Assembly (NCBI GenBank): GCA_951406725.2
Contig: OX597819.1
Coordinates: 25,978,001 to 26,042,000 of the forward strand
Source: Octopus vulgaris
Lineage: Eukaryota
DNA length: 64,000 nucleotides
Direction: 5' to 3'
Made by a program: the position numbers and the translations under genes
The notes under the pieces: generated by a model
Told to the model about the DNA's origin: nothing
Seen by the model: the letters and a program-made list of their open reading frames with translations, nothing else
The model's database searches: none
Shown: positions 43,876 through 57,882 of the stretch, piece by piece
Numbering within the stretch: the stretch's first letter is position 1
Layout: each line of letters opens with the position of its first letter

Positions 43876-46020
43876 AGCGATTTGCCTAGAGACAAACACA
43901 CACATGCAACAGTATTTACATCCATTACCACTTCTGCAACCACCGCCGCCAACGCTATCGCCGTCCTTCTGGAAATAGCTCGGAGACTACAAGATGGTTC
44001 TGTCTTTTGTCTCCATATTTGCCTCTTTCTACGATATTGCATGAATTCTATCGGCCTGCCTTTTGTCACCTTCCAAGCGGCAGGTCATGATATGAACTTA
44101 TTTAAAACTTCCCAAAATTAATTTACCCGCCGTCCAGAAAATAATGACGCCTGGGACTTCTGAACTTTACCCAAGGAACCAGACAACTGGTTAACCCTGT
44201 GCGCTTATAACACGGCCCAGGATACAAACCATGGAAATACCCGCTAGAACTAGTGACGTTCGAAGAAATCGTTCATCAGTGACCTTAGGTTCTGACACAG
44301 AGCTCGAAAACCTTTTGAATCAGAACCAACTCCTTCAAGAACCCGTAGGAAATCAAACCAGGGATATTCCCGAGACTGACGCTCAGGATCAACCACCAAA
44401 TCTATCTCAGAGAAATAGAAATACAAGACAGAAATGGAGTAAAGAGGAATATAACGAAGTTATGCATGCACTTAAACCCAGAAGCTTCAACCACTCAAAA
44501 GGAGACCTACAATATCTGGAGGTGTAAAAACCTGCACAGCAGCCTGTACATGGACGGTAATAAACTAGGATCTGTGGGACTTGATATCCTATAAAATAAA
44601 AAAAATACTGACAACGAAATTGACAAAACAGTCAGATCGGTCAAAACTCAGCTCCGTAGAACACACTCACTTATACCCACAGGTAAAAATCCCTAAAATC
44701 ACTAACTCAAACCAGCAAACTAGGTACACAGAACCATATGAAGTTGGACGGTCAGTTGGAACTAATAAGACCTATAAATGATCATGTCAGCAATGAACTG
44801 TCAGATGGAATGCTAGAACAATATCTAATACAACTCCATCAACTTTTGCACGAAAGACCCCCACTTACGCAAATTTTTAATACTAATAAGAACAGACAAG
44901 CAATCAAAGAAGTTGATCAAGAACTTGGAAAGCTGATACGACAACTCCTTGAGAATAGTAGTGAAAATGCCCTCGAAGTAGTTGATCAACCTATTTACTC
45001 AGCAGCCTATGTTGCAGCTCAGAAATGCGGTATTAAAATTAGAGTTAGACAAAAGAGCAATGTATACAAACGGTCTGCATGGATAGAAAGAATAAACCGG
45101 GAAGTAATCCAACTAAGAGCAGATATACTTTCCTTCTTGAAGCAAGCAAAGAGAAAACTAATAAACGCAATAAGAATAATTGCTAAACATGACCTTTACA
45201 AGAAAACAAAAGATACGCAGATTGAAATCCTCAAACAAAAACTACAATTAAAAACCAAACGACTGGTAAGGTACAAAAAAAAAAGAAAACGCTCAGCATT
45301 CCATAGACAAAACTACCATGCAAACATCCTTAAAGACGGATTTGACTCGTCGTGCAGAATTTTCAGAAAATTCACAGAGACAAATGTTCATGTTGCTTCT
45401 GGCTGCCCAGTCCTCGCTGAACAGGAGTACCTCATAAGACATGATAGACTAGGGCAGTACATCCACTGGAATGCTTGTAAATACTACAGAATTAAATCTC
45501 ACGGTAAGTGGTACAGGCACCATACAGAGGATGTAGTAAATGGCGAGGGCGTCACCATCCTTTGGAACTTCCCAATACAAACAAACAGAAAAGTTAACTC
45601 CAATCACGGATCAAAACAAAAGAACTTGTCTGTTTATAGATACGTCTGTACCACAAGATCAAAATGTCTCAGGAAAAAATATACGAAAATATTTCTCGCT
45701 ATAAAGATCTGAAAATTGAAATCACAAACATGTGGAAGCTTAGTACTACGATAATAGGTGTAGTAATTGGTGCGTTGGGAATGATAAAGTAGGGAGCTGA
45801 GGAGTATATCAAGCAACTGCTTGGTAACCCCAGTCTCCGTGAACTGTAAAAGATAACCTTGATGGGTACAGCCCATAAACTATGGAAAGCACTAAAATGG
45901 AATTGGTGTGGTAATTTTAGCATGCATAGCAAAGCAAATGTGCCCTTGCTACTCTTGACCTCCGGAATATGCCTGGTACTAAGTAAGGCAGCTGAAATAA
46001 ACTTATAATGAAAAGAAGCC
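43876..46020 (+). mobile_element. Internally deleted R4/Dong-clade non-LTR retrotransposon (RLE endonuclease type) flanked by (TAA/CAA)n
   Basis: N-terminal RQKWSKEEY motif; CCHC-knuckle region CRIF..ETNVHVASGCPVLAEQEYLIRHDRLGQYIHW; ILWNFPIQT; frameshifted CLFIDTSVPQD; YKDLKIEITNMWKL...VIGALG. Ends at ATAATAATAA (46021). The 5' boundary is approximate. Confidence 0.85.
44231..45900 (+). pseudogene. Decayed R4/Dong-like ORF; 324-aa open segment 44738-45712 fuses the pre-RT region to the zinc knuckle, RT domain missing
   Basis: No YxDD/RT motifs between RLVRYKKKRKR and NYHANILK..DSSCRI. The RPD of the RLE is deleted with a frameshift near 45605. Stops in the flanking segments. Confidence 0.8.
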
Positions 46021-48547
46021 ATAATAATAACAACCACAATAATTGGTGTAGTTTGTGGTATCGATAAATATGTATGCAACAAACTGGAAAGCTAGGATTT
46101 TCAAGCAAAGAAACTTACTAACTCGAACCTTCCAAATATAGTTTAGTAGTGGAAAAATAAAAACATATGCTAGCCCTTGCTAAATTTCAATATATAACTT
46201 TTATTGCAATTGCTATCCTGTGATGGGGCATTTGTTTCTTTGGTAGAAACCAACCCACTTTTTCTCGGAAAAAAATTCAAATGAATATACATACGTGGGC
46301 ATAAAACCAGAGGCAACGACACAGTGCAGTGCAGTGCTATCAACCTGATGCAACTAAAAGCAATTGTACATGATATGTAACCGCATGTAATCAATATTTA
46401 GACTTTATTCATACCTTTCAAGTGTTATATTTCCATTCACTGATATATATAAATATATATAAAATACAGGCTCGGGTACATGGTAGTACGCAAGCTGTTA
46501 GAAACATGAGCAATATCTCTCAGAAATCCCTCTCTGCAGTCTTAAGGACTGGAAGATTCTTTATATATAATAGTTCAAAATACATCTAAAAGACAAGTTA
46601 GTTACGGCTGGGATGATTTGGGCCGTCGGTCTGTCAGATATGCTTTAAACAATGGGCTAAATGCACCAGATATAGCAGTCGCACCAGTGAAGGATCCTCT
46701 ACCAGGTCTCTCACTCTACTAGAAATAGAAGCAAAATATGACTCGTACATTATGGCGGAATTTAAGGGCAGATCGCATTACATAATGCTGTTGTTCTACT
46801 CGCCACCAAATAAGATGGAACAGTCACGAGTAAACTCTTCGATGATAGGTCTGATCAGTCAGAGCTGATCAGGAATCAACCTATTTTCAGTCTTTGCGCT
46901 TAATATATTAGAAACAAGATCGTCTACAATATTACTGCTCTTCATCTTTATGAGAAAAAGTGGGACATGTTGGATAATGTAGGTTGAAACGCTAATGTTA
47001 TAGGACTGATCAGTCGAAGCTGACCTGAGACTAAGCAGCATCAGTAGTTGCATCTTCTCCCCTTCCACTCCTCCGCTTCCTCCCACCAGAGCTTATTATA
47101 ATGACGATATCTCGGCGACAGGGACCCTCTATTCTGTTGATAGACTCGTTATAAAAAGCAACTTAATCTTTCTCTCAAGAAGGTCCTATAAGAAAGGACA
47201 CATTGGTTTCTGTATTGTTTTATGCGCGCGCGCGCGCGCGTGTGTGTGTGAATGTTTGTGTGTGTATGCGTGTATGCATGAATGTGTGTATAGTATGGAT
47301 CAGAGTAAGAGATAATCATCGCGGCTCTGATGTCTTTCATCATAGACACGCTTGATCAGGGTTGACCTAAACTTAAAGGAAAGCGATAGTAATTACTAAT
47401 TATAAAGATTGCCATATGTGTACGTGTTTCTGTGTGTGAGTGTGTTTATGTCGTCGTACAGAGGGAGAGAGAGTGGAGAGGGAGAGAGAGTGGAGAGGGA
47501 GAGAGAGTTGATAGATAGCTACATGGATAGATAATCACGTGCATGGATAGACAGACAGACAGATAGAAAGACACATAGATAGATAGGTAGCCGGACAGAC
47601 AGATAGACGGACATACATGATATTGGTTTTATTTGATAATCAATTGCTTTGCGTAATTTCTAGACGTAAAGTAATTGGATATATAATGATATACAATGAA
47701 AGTATTCAGGCAGAAATTAATAGAAGACAAATATAACTGCTACACCATAATTTACATGCATAGTTATATACGTACATGCTTACACTCGTTTGCTGTACAA
47801 ACACTCATACCATTTGTACTGCTCTATTAGACGTTAGACGATATCCATACAAGAGAAAGAAACATAAATGCCTACTTCGAATTCTCATAAGAGTAGTGGC
47901 TTTTGTCTCCTGTACCTAAAACGGTACCTACATAATTTAAATGGGTTGCATATCCGTTTTCGTTGAAATTTTAGAATTATATCAAAATTTTCAAAATTGA
48001 TATATTCAAATAATCTTCAATTTATTTGGTTATTTATTTGTTCCAGAGGAGTTGCTAAAATTGCTACTGAGGGTTAAAGTTTAATCACTTTTGTCTAATC
48101 AGGAAATAGGGTTTTCAGCATGATAGCTGTTTATCACGAAATGAAACAGAATCATTACGAGAAGATATTTCTATTAAACAAACGTAAGCAAAGCATAACG
48201 ACGACCAAAGTTGAAGAACCAATGATAATAAGTTTTAATGAGTAAAATCAGACGTGTAAATAATTTTAAAAGGAAAAAAAATCCTAAACGAATTTTTTTG
48301 TGAAAAATTGCACCAATCTGTCCCGATCAAGAGGCCTATCTCTCTTGGAAGGCATGGTCTGACATGTATTAAGCAAAAAATTAAATGACATTGTATTATG
48401 AAAATTACCCGGCAACGACGGGCTATTCAGTTAGTGTATCTGGTGTGTGTATATGTGTGTGTGTGTGTGTGTATGTGTGCGTGCGTGAATGTGTACATAT
48501 GTATATATGCATGTACATATGTATGTATATATATATATATGTATGCC

Positions 48548-49217
48548 CTTATTCAGTTTTATTTCAAGATTTCTTGCCAAGAGAGAAAGAGTAAGTTCCT
48601 AACCTAGATCCCATGCTCCTTCATTTAAATTTCGAAAACATTAACAGAGTATTTTTGTATGTATGTACATGTGCAGATTTGTATGTTTTGTTTAATGTAT
48701 GTATTTATATGCATAGAGTTTGCATATCTAGACATGCTCATATATACGTAAATGATAGAATTCTGGAAAGTTTTACAGATTTTTAGTTTCATTGGTGGCT
48801 TCGATCTATAGTTTTCGAATCAGCTTTCTCCTTTCTGGTTTTGAGAATCTTCATTTCTCAAGATTGGTATTTAAGCAGTCTGTTTTATATATCCCGGTGC
48901 CCCCCTATAATTACTGGTATAAACCCGAAATTGTAATCTGGATAGAATTACCGCAGATTTCTCAATTGTTCAGCGTAGGAATTTTCATTTCCACTGACCT
49001 TTAGCTTTAGTTCACATCCGTGGACAGCTGATTTCCATAACTGTACACAGTTTCTCTTCTCTATCCTAAATTTCTTTGTCAAGTCTGTTATGTTTACATT
49101 TTATTGAGGTTTTCACGGGGACATTCCCCCTATACTCCATTTTGTTATGAGTAGCTTTGGCTATGTCCATACTGTGGGTTCTTAATTTTTTATTCCTCGA
49201 AATTATCCTTCCGACAG
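48548..49217 (-). mobile_element. 5'-truncated R4/Dong-like LINE 3' end (RLE domain plus 3' UTR) in a (TATG/TA)n tract
   Basis: Minus translation KCKHNRLDKEI*DREEKLCTVMEISCP...ENSYAEQLRNLR*FYPDYNFGFIPVIIG, a decayed PD-(D/E) RLE motif plus PVIIG. The 3' end AAATAAAACTGAATAAG abuts microsatellite. Confidence 0.8.
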
Positions 49218-49289
49218 TATGTATGTATGTATGTATGTATGTATGTACGTATGTATGTATGTATGTATGTATGTATCTATGTATGTATA

Positions 49290-49360
<71 letters not shown>

Positions 49361-50272
49361 GCATGTATTTGCTTGATTATTTTATCTAATTCTTTTCCTG
49401 ATCAAATCCTCCTGCATGAAGATTATTGCCGGGCAACGATTTTTATGATATTATGTCTCATTTCCAAACAATGTGTTAAGCAGTTTTCTTCTCATATAAC
49501 AAATACATAACTAAAGTTGATGAGTTCCAACTTTTCACTTAATTATAACATCCTGAATAGTCATTTTAAAAAGCTCAATTTCTCTTAATGCTGGAATTGT
49601 AGCGTTTAACGATATAAAGAAAGGTAAAGGAAGTATTATGTTCCCTTTTATATTCTTGTAATATGAACATGCATCTGTTTAATATGGACGTGGCGATGAA
49701 TTTATTAAAAATGCTTTGGTTCGAGGTATAATTATCGTATGCTGCAGAATACCAGGTGAGGAAATACGTCACAAGCAAAACCATACGTCAGGTACCTAGA
49801 TAAATTCTACTATACATATACACCTTTTTGACCCCATATTTTGAACATTTTAGAGCATCCAAGATATTACAGCTGGAGGAAAAGGGCCCATCGTAAAGAC
49901 TGAATAGAGTGTAGCTACATGATATTAAATGCATTGTTCAAGGGCACACCGAGCAGCCGAGTGGTGGAATTACAACCACAATTTTATGATCGTAACCTAA
50001 ATATTCTCACTAATCAATCATGTGCATTTATCCAATAAAATCTGAAATGTATCGACCGTAATGTATCTACAAGCAGCTAATTTACTGCAATGGGTTTATA
50101 GCAAGCCGTATCTCTCTATATGAGATATGATACTATGACAAACATGCTGTACAATATAAACTGTGGAAAATAAAATCCTGATGAATAAATGGTATAAAAA
50201 TTTACAAGAATATTTATGAAATATTGTAGTGGAAAAGGTTACTGGAATGTTCCCGATGAAATATCTGTAAAA

Positions 50273-50670
50273 TCATTATATATAAAAGAGAGGTTGTGTG
50301 TCTGTCTCCTACGATTTAGATTCCTAACTACTCCCACATTTTGCCGTGCAGTTTAACCAAAACCGGGTATCTTATAGTCGTGATTCATATCGAGCCCTTC
50401 TGGGTATTAGCGCGCGTCTACGATGAGTCTACGATTTTAAAAAAAATTACCATAATTTTTTTCCATTTTAATGCATTTTTTTCGCTATGATATAAGAGAA
50501 GTAACTCTCTAAAAATTTCTACGATGAGTCAACGATTAAAAAAAAAAAATTACCATCATTTTTTTCCATTTTTAATGCATTTTTTTGCTATTTTTTGTCT
50601 ATAATTCTCTAAAAATGCTTATATAGTTATTTCCCTTACAAATCCGAGCAACGCCGGGCGATACTGCTAG
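50273..50670 (+). mobile_element. Complete non-autonomous Helitron (398 bp)
   Basis: A|TCATTATATATAAAA 5' end, subterminal hairpin-like CCGAGCAACGCCGG, 3' CTAG|T, inserted between A and T with no TSD. Internal ~100-bp tandem duplication starting TCTACGATGAGTC. Confidence 0.9.
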
Positions 50671-51742
50671 TGTAAGAATAAAATACTAGACAAAGATCTA
50701 GGGCATTGAAAAAACATAGCAGACAGGTTTTTGAGTAAATATTAATACGATATCGAAATGAAAGGGAAAATGAAATAACTATGTATAACCTAGGGAAATC
50801 TGAAAATACTTCACCGACAATATTAGGATTCAACCTGTAATTACTGGGGTGGTATAATTTTGTCAGTAAATGCCTCCTCGTGAATTTTAATCAGCTGAAG
50901 TCCACGAAAATACGTTTGTCATTGTCAATTAAGAAACAGCAAATCTAATCCATTAAAAAAACTGTGAGTATATAGACATATATGCAATGATATGCATGAC
51001 TGTGCGCAGTCGTGGGATATACAGACAACGTATATATGTGTATATGTGTGAGAATATGTGTGTATATGTGGGCATATAAACAGAGTCACACTCGCAAATT
51101 CGTACACTTGCCATTATTTAATCAAAGAAATCATTCTTTTAGTGCCCGGTTTGAATTTCAAGAATTTCTGTAGAAAATTTAACATATTATTAAAAAATAA
51201 AAATAAAAAGTCGCCGGTGCGAATTAATGAGAAATCTGTAGACATTTCACACAGACTATAAATTTATATTTATACCTGCCATTATTAGAGGAGTTGGCAA
51301 TGCAATTAATTGCCATAGGAAGAATCTCGAGAAGCTTAGTTACAGAAAATCAAAAACACAACTAATTAAAAAGTTACAATTAACTGCCATTAATGAAAAT
51401 ACAAAAATGTCTAAAATAATCCGAACATTAGACAACTTTTTTACGCATACTCACGAATAGCCGTATAGTTATTGGTATGTGTACACAGAGAGTGTGACGT
51501 GCATGGATGGGAAAATACAAGCTCTCGCATACGAGTTCGGATATATAGGAGCATAATTAAATCATGTAAGCGTATATGAATTCTTAGTTAATGTTTGTAT
51601 AAATTCCAATGAATATCAATTACCTCTCGGTTAAAGACTTGCTCTTGTATAGATTTAGCGACATATATGGAAGAAAACCAAAAGAATACATATATACCTA
51701 TATAATTACAGAGATACGTACGTATACAGATATATACAGACA

Positions 51743-51795
<53 letters not shown>

Positions 51796-51801
51796 GTGTT
51801 T

Positions 51802-51832
<31 letters not shown>

Positions 51833-51854
51833 CGTGCGTGCGTGTGTGTGTGTG

Positions 51855-52002
51855 TGACTGCGTGTGTATCGTTGGCGATGCACACGTTTCCTTTTTCTAT
51901 GTTTCTGACGAAGAGCTCCGCTCGAAAGGGTAAATCCTCCTTTCTTTCTTTCTTTCTTTCTTTTCTTTCCTGAGCGTCCAATAACACTGCACTTGTTCCA
52001 CA
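51855..52002 (+). mobile_element. PLE-like pLTR fragment family D; HHR core intact, stem III mutated
   Basis: GTTT-CTGACGA-A-GAGC TCC GCTC-GAAA-GGG-TAAAT at 51901-51935. Confidence 0.72.
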
Positions 52003-53099
52003 CTGAAATATTATAAAGTCAGTAATTAGTGAATTACATTTCACAGACACGCTTTCATTTTATTCATTCCATGTCCCTTTTCAAAACTACTGATTGTTCT
52101 GGCTAAGACACGATCGATACTGCAACGCAGTGGAATTGCAAGCATCGGAAGACATTTCGATCGGTATCCATGCTCCTAATTCGTCGACTTTATCTGATAT
52201 CTTAATCTAAAATATTTCTTTTTAGTAATCCTCTAAAAAACCTAATAGTGTGAGATTTGTTGAACGTGGTGGGTAATTTCTGTCCACTCTGCTTGATTGC
52301 CAAAATCTCATCAACGTAGACTCTTATATTACAATTGTATTCTGTAGTGCCCCATCTATAGAAACAAAACTGTGTACCTTCAAGGTACTCTTCTCTTCTT
52401 GAGATTTTGTCAAAGCATGTTTAAGGAAATGCGAACAGTCACAGTGTTGTCAAAAAAGAACGGTCTATTTCTACCATTTTCAGGGTAAACTGCAACATTC
52501 TGTATTCCCTGGCAAATTTGGTAAATTAACATAGTGCTCCACCATAACATAGAGTTTTGAAGTCGGCTGTATACTCAGTTTGGGCGGTTGAATGAGTTGT
52601 TAAATTTAAATATAGCCTCTTCATCCCAAGCAATTTTTGATGGAAAGTCGGCATTAGAGGAGACAAGCATAATACAAGGAATTAGACAAGAGAAACTAGT
52701 GACACGCAAGCATAGAAATATGAAGTAAAATAACAACAATTGAAGAATTCCCCTAATATTCTGTATAAATACTTAAATACGATTCTTTCTGTAAAAATGC
52801 TTCTTTACAATCATGATTTTTGATGAACTTAAAATAATTATGAATTTATTTTACTACCTATTTTGAACACTTCTATGTAAACTGTTTAAACAAAAAGCCC
52901 CTCTTAACATTTTCTTATCATTATCAAAGACTGTATGACTGTTGTTTTTTAATACAACTACGATAACCATTTTTTAACACAACAAAGGCTACACAACAAA
53001 GGCCTTTCATTTTACTTTTGAAAATCTTTTTTTAAAAAAGTGAAATCGGTCAAGTCAACAAATATCTTTAAATGACCTCTCATTTTTCAAATCCTCTTT

Positions 53100-53218
<119 letters not shown>

Positions 53219-53237
53219 GTATATATATATATGTATA

Positions 53238-53345
53238 TATGGTGGTTGTCTACTCTTTATGCTGAGTTTCACCACCGCATGTGCCTACCCCTTAGAACCA
53301 TCATGGCATCTGATGTAGCCTTTTAAACAAGACAATGTTTAGACA
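53238..53345 (-). mobile_element. Short 3' end of the RTE-like LINE seen at 61050-61378
   Basis: Reverse complement CATTGTCTTGTTTAAAAGGCTACATCAGATGCCATGATGG...GAGTAGACAACCACCA aligns with 61277-61375. Confidence 0.8.
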
Positions 53346-53709
53346 TGTAGAAAGAGCTGGTGATTCATTCCATAGCCACACATAGTTTCTTGTCACCTTC
53401 ACTTGTTCAGATAACATCTTTCCGTCGCCTGCTTTATCAGGCTTAATGATGAACTTTTAGAAGCTACAACGTGACTCGCCAGATATCTTCAATAATACCC
53501 ACTAAGTGTAATGAGCATCTTCTATCTTCTTTATCCAATACGTATATAAATATTAATGCTCCCGAAGTGCAGAAGAGAATTGTAATATTGACAATGTGAA
53601 AACACGTCAGTTTTAGATTTAGATATTAAAGAATGTGTTTTAATTATTCATGAAATACGAAGAAATGTAAGACATATGATCTGTGGTATGTACATACATA
53701 TATATGTAA

Positions 53710-53763
<54 letters not shown>

Positions 53764-53764
53764 A

Positions 53765-54010
53765 TGGGGACTCGTGACTTTGTGGTTAGGATGTTGGACT
53801 CATGATTGTAAGATTGTGGTTCCGATTTCAAGACCGAGCAACGCGTTGTGTTCTTGATCAATACAATTCACTTCACGTTGCTCTAATCCACTAATCTTGC
53901 AAAAATGAGCAATTCTGCGATAGATCGGCGTCCCGTTAATGTAGGCAATTTAAACGCCATGGGAACCAGAAACCGACCCTTATAACCTTATGAGTCGGTA
54001 TGATTCGAGA
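53765..54010 (+). mobile_element. Diverged tRNA-headed SINE with a family C-like head
   Basis: GTGACTTTGTGGTTAGGATGTTGGACTCATGATTGTAAGATTGTGGTTCCGATTTC...GTTGTGTTCTTGATCAA. Confidence 0.65.
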
Positions 54011-54031
54011 AATAATTTTAACATTTTTACC

Positions 54032-54104
<73 letters not shown>

Positions 54105-54439
54105 TATATATAGTTTCATTCTAATTTCTGTCAGATCTAATAAGAGCTAGAGTCACTGAATCTCAAAGTAATGCTCTTTCATTTAAGTGTGGGACTAAAT
54201 GAATACACACATGTGATTCTGGGGCGTGTGTTCTTTCTTGAAGAAGGCCGAAAGCGATTATGATTCTTGATTAATAGAGAAAACCATATTATATAAATGC
54301 AAAATGATGAAATGTAAATGTAAAGTTTACCACGGCTGAGCTTGAAGTTGGAATTAAATGATGCATGGCTTTAAACGACCCAAGGTGTCTTCATCGAGGT
54401 TGTGACCACAGATCTTATTTGATCTGCAAGAAATAACCC

Positions 54440-54650
54440 TTTCTCCTACAGGCACAAGGATTGAAATTTCGGCGAAGGGGTTAGTCAATTACATTGACCC
54501 CAATGTGCAACCGGTACTTATTTTGCAGGCCACGAAAGAATGAAAAGCAAAGTCAACCTCGGTGGGCTCTGTTGAACTCAGAACGTAAGTAGGAAATCCT
54601 GCTAACTATTTTCCCCCACCGTGCTAAGGAGTCTGCCGTCTCACCGCCTT
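54440..54650 (-). mobile_element. Degraded SINE family B variant
   Basis: TTGACCCCAATGTGCAACCGGTACTTATTTT...AATGAAAAGCAAAGTCAACCTCGG...GAACTCAGAACGTAA...GTCTCACCGCCTT. Confidence 0.75.
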
Positions 54651-54776
54651 CCATCTGAAAGTAATAACGATGGAAGAATGTTAAACAAATCCAATTAATA
54701 ACTGGACATTTAGTGCATCGGTAGTTTTGCCAGGCGTAACTCTTAAGGAGATGCAATGTATTTATGAGTGTATACA

Positions 54777-54812
<36 letters not shown>

Positions 54813-54903
54813 TCAATATAGGGTAGCAAAAAATTCAATAGAAATTTTTTCGCCACCAGCGGTCTAGTGAGAAAGAGGAAATAGTCATAGACTGTATATA
54901 TAA

Positions 54904-55194
54904 ATTCAACAACAATTGACGAATGGCCTTAATAGGCCATTCGACCCACTAGAAAGAGCAGCCAGGAATCAAACCGCCAAGTAGTAGTAATTCAGAAATT
55001 AAAGGAAAATTTAAAAACATTTACCCTAATTCATCTTTAGACAATGCATTGTTTCGTTTTTTTTTAATGGCAAACCAGCTTAATTAAATTAAATTAAACT
55101 AAGTCAATCCACCAAAGGCTACACCTCGAGTCCTGGCTGCTCTTTCTAGTGGGTCGAATGGCCTATGAAGGCCATTCCTCAATTGTTGTTGAAT
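54904..55194. repeat. 64-bp inverted repeat (2 mismatches) with a 163-bp spacer, both ends at TA runs
   Basis: 54904-54967 versus the reverse complement of 55131-55194. Each arm has an internal hairpin GAATGGCCT...AGGCCATTC. Confidence 0.93.
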
Positions 55195-55366
55195 ATATAT
55201 ATATATATATATATACAAGGGCAAACGAAAAATTATTTCTATGCCTATATGCTGATAACAGACTTTAAGTCGTCATTTTCCACATATCATTATACACTTA
55301 CTATAAATATACGTCGTGCTGAAATCGGGCAAGCTAGTCAACAGAATTTCTTTAAACAAAGCTCGT

Positions 55367-55430
55367 TATTTCTAAATTGAATCAATTTCGAAATTAATCC
55401 TATGTATTTTTTCGTCTTCAGTAGGAAATA
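55367..55430 (-). ncRNA. Candidate type I hammerhead ribozyme (CUGAAGA core, AUU triplet)
   Basis: Minus strand TATTTCCTA-CTGAAGA-C-GAAA...TTTC-GAAA-TTGA T TCAA-TT-TAGAAATA: stem I 8 bp with a bulge, stem II 4 bp, palindromic stem III. Lies in a ~315-bp island between two (TA)n tracts. Confidence 0.5.
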
Positions 55431-55527
55431 CGATAAGAAATAAATGAAATACTTACACGCACCCATGGAAAAAAGCAGAAGCAAAAGTCATGTGTACACA
55501 TAAGTACCCCAGTTATATCTAAATATA

Positions 55528-55604
<77 letters not shown>

Positions 55605-55694
55605 GATACACACATATATATATTATAACTGTAATTATACATTATTTGTTATAATAATAATATAGATCCAACTAAAGCGACTAAATCTACACAG

Positions 55695-55704
55695 TGAAAT
55701 AGGA

Positions 55705-55740
<36 letters not shown>

Positions 55741-55750
55741 TCCTATTTCA
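55695..55750. repeat. Perfect 56-bp palindrome centred on (AT)16
   Basis: TGAAATAGGAAG-(AT)n-CTTCCTATTTCA. Confidence 0.93.
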
Positions 55751-55787
55751 TATATATATAGATATATAGATAGATAGATAGATAGAT

Positions 55788-55854
<67 letters not shown>

Positions 55855-57882
55855 TTCATATTATGCTAGGGAACGCTGCTCGCTACCAGGAATTTCGACT
55901 CGTGTCAAATATATCAAACTATTCCAAATCGGAGGACGGACACAATAGTTTATACTGACATCGAGCAATTATTACAACATTTATACACATATATATATAT
56001 ATGTGTGTGTGTCTGTGTGTGTATGTGGTGTGTGTGTACTTTTTAATTAATAGAAGTATTACGGAGAACTAAGCTTGAGTTGTAATATAAACGTAATTGC
56101 ATGTGTTTCAAATATGGATTTTTATTTATATTTGATGTGAGAATTCAGGTTCCATGGTTCAATTATATAGTGTATTGTTCTCTCTGCAACTGGAAGAAAA
56201 TCCGAAATGACAATAAATCCAATTGTTCGTGATAGCTCATTGAATAATAATTACGGAATTTACTAAGGAGAGTGTGAGAATATTTATAACATATGGCAAC
56301 GTGTAAAGACCTGAATAGTTCCCCTCTAGTTTGGATATTTCTGCAAATGCTGTCAAGTTGAAATTATACAAGCATGTTCGATTCGGTGTAAGTTAAATAG
56401 CGAATGTTTTTAGGCAGTCTAGTTTTACCCTGGCTGTAAAAAGCAGACACCTTACTTAAAATAGCTGTCCTTATCTCTCTAGCCTGAAAACTACAACCAA
56501 CTGACTAGGCCCCCTATACTTTAGAGCTTCATCATAGACTTACTTTGGTTCTGTAAACATACGAAAAATTCTTAGCTTATAGGGATGTGTACTATACATC
56601 TCTACTAATGTTGGAAATAACAAAAAATGTCCGGGTCATTCTCTTTTCTGGTCACATGCAAGAGAAATGAAATTCAACCAAATGTGTGTGTGTGTGTGTA
56701 TATACCTATACTATATTTGTAACTGAGATCTTGCGCCTGTATATGTGTCTATGTGATGCAGATACGAGTTTATAAGGCAGAGTGAAAAATTCACTGATTT
56801 AAATCCTTTAGAAATCCTGCTGCTTCGAAGAATTTGAGTTTGTTTCCTAGCCGACAGAAACAAAAAATAAAAGATCAGTATGATAGAGAATCGATAAAAA
56901 TATAATTCTCTAAAAAAAATTTTAATACTTCGTATTAAAATTCTAATCTGGATTACAATATTACAATTTAACTAGTATTTCTTATTTAATCGATATATCG
57001 TTTTGCGCAGAATATCGATTATCAAATGAATCTATTTATCAACAGACTTGTTCCAATATGACAATATCCGGACATTTTAGAAATCGATAGCTGTTTAGTG
57101 CCTAAATGTATTATGTAGGGACATGCTGTGAAAAGTGTCATTACATGTGAATTCAGCTTTTAATACATGATAATATATACTCTACTTTGTTGTTTGTGTT
57201 TGGAGATTTAATCACTTGAAAATCAATTTAAGATGGAATGAAAAACTTAGTTTCAGTCTGTGTTCGAGCTGATATACTTCTCATACGCCCCAAGTGTAGA
57301 TGAATAATTATAATTACCAATGTCTTCAATTGCATTAGATAGATATCATTTAAAGATCTAAATGTATTACAGATAATGTGAGTATATCTTTTATTATATA
57401 TGAAGCAAGAGATCTGATTCAATTTCACAAAGTTTTGTATTTTGCCTGACGTTTTTAGCGACATATCATTGAAATAGACGAGAATATAAGCTTGTTAATA
57501 AGATTAATGATATGCATGAAGTTAATGAGGTTAATGAGATGTAAATGTACATCACATTTGAATCTAACTTTACTATTAGGTAAATATAGACCTTATTTTA
57601 TGATAATTGTAAACAGGGATATGAATATTTATTCTCTTCTTCTACCCAATATCATCGAATTTGGGGAGAACATTCCAGTAAAGAATGTACATTACACCGT
57701 GAAATCTGGATTCTATGGGGATTTTCTGTATTCAGTGCCAATAAATACCAATATAGGAGAGGGCAGAGAAACGTTCGGTTTATTTGACGTGCGAAGTGAA
57801 GGCGTTCAATGTTTCGTACTGTTCTCTTCCTTCTGAGAATATAAGTGTTATCGCTTGCACCCATATTAGAGAAATGTACTTC

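Noticed and set aside
57492-57836. 114-aa plus-strand ORF
   Set aside because: No domain and no convincing splice boundaries.
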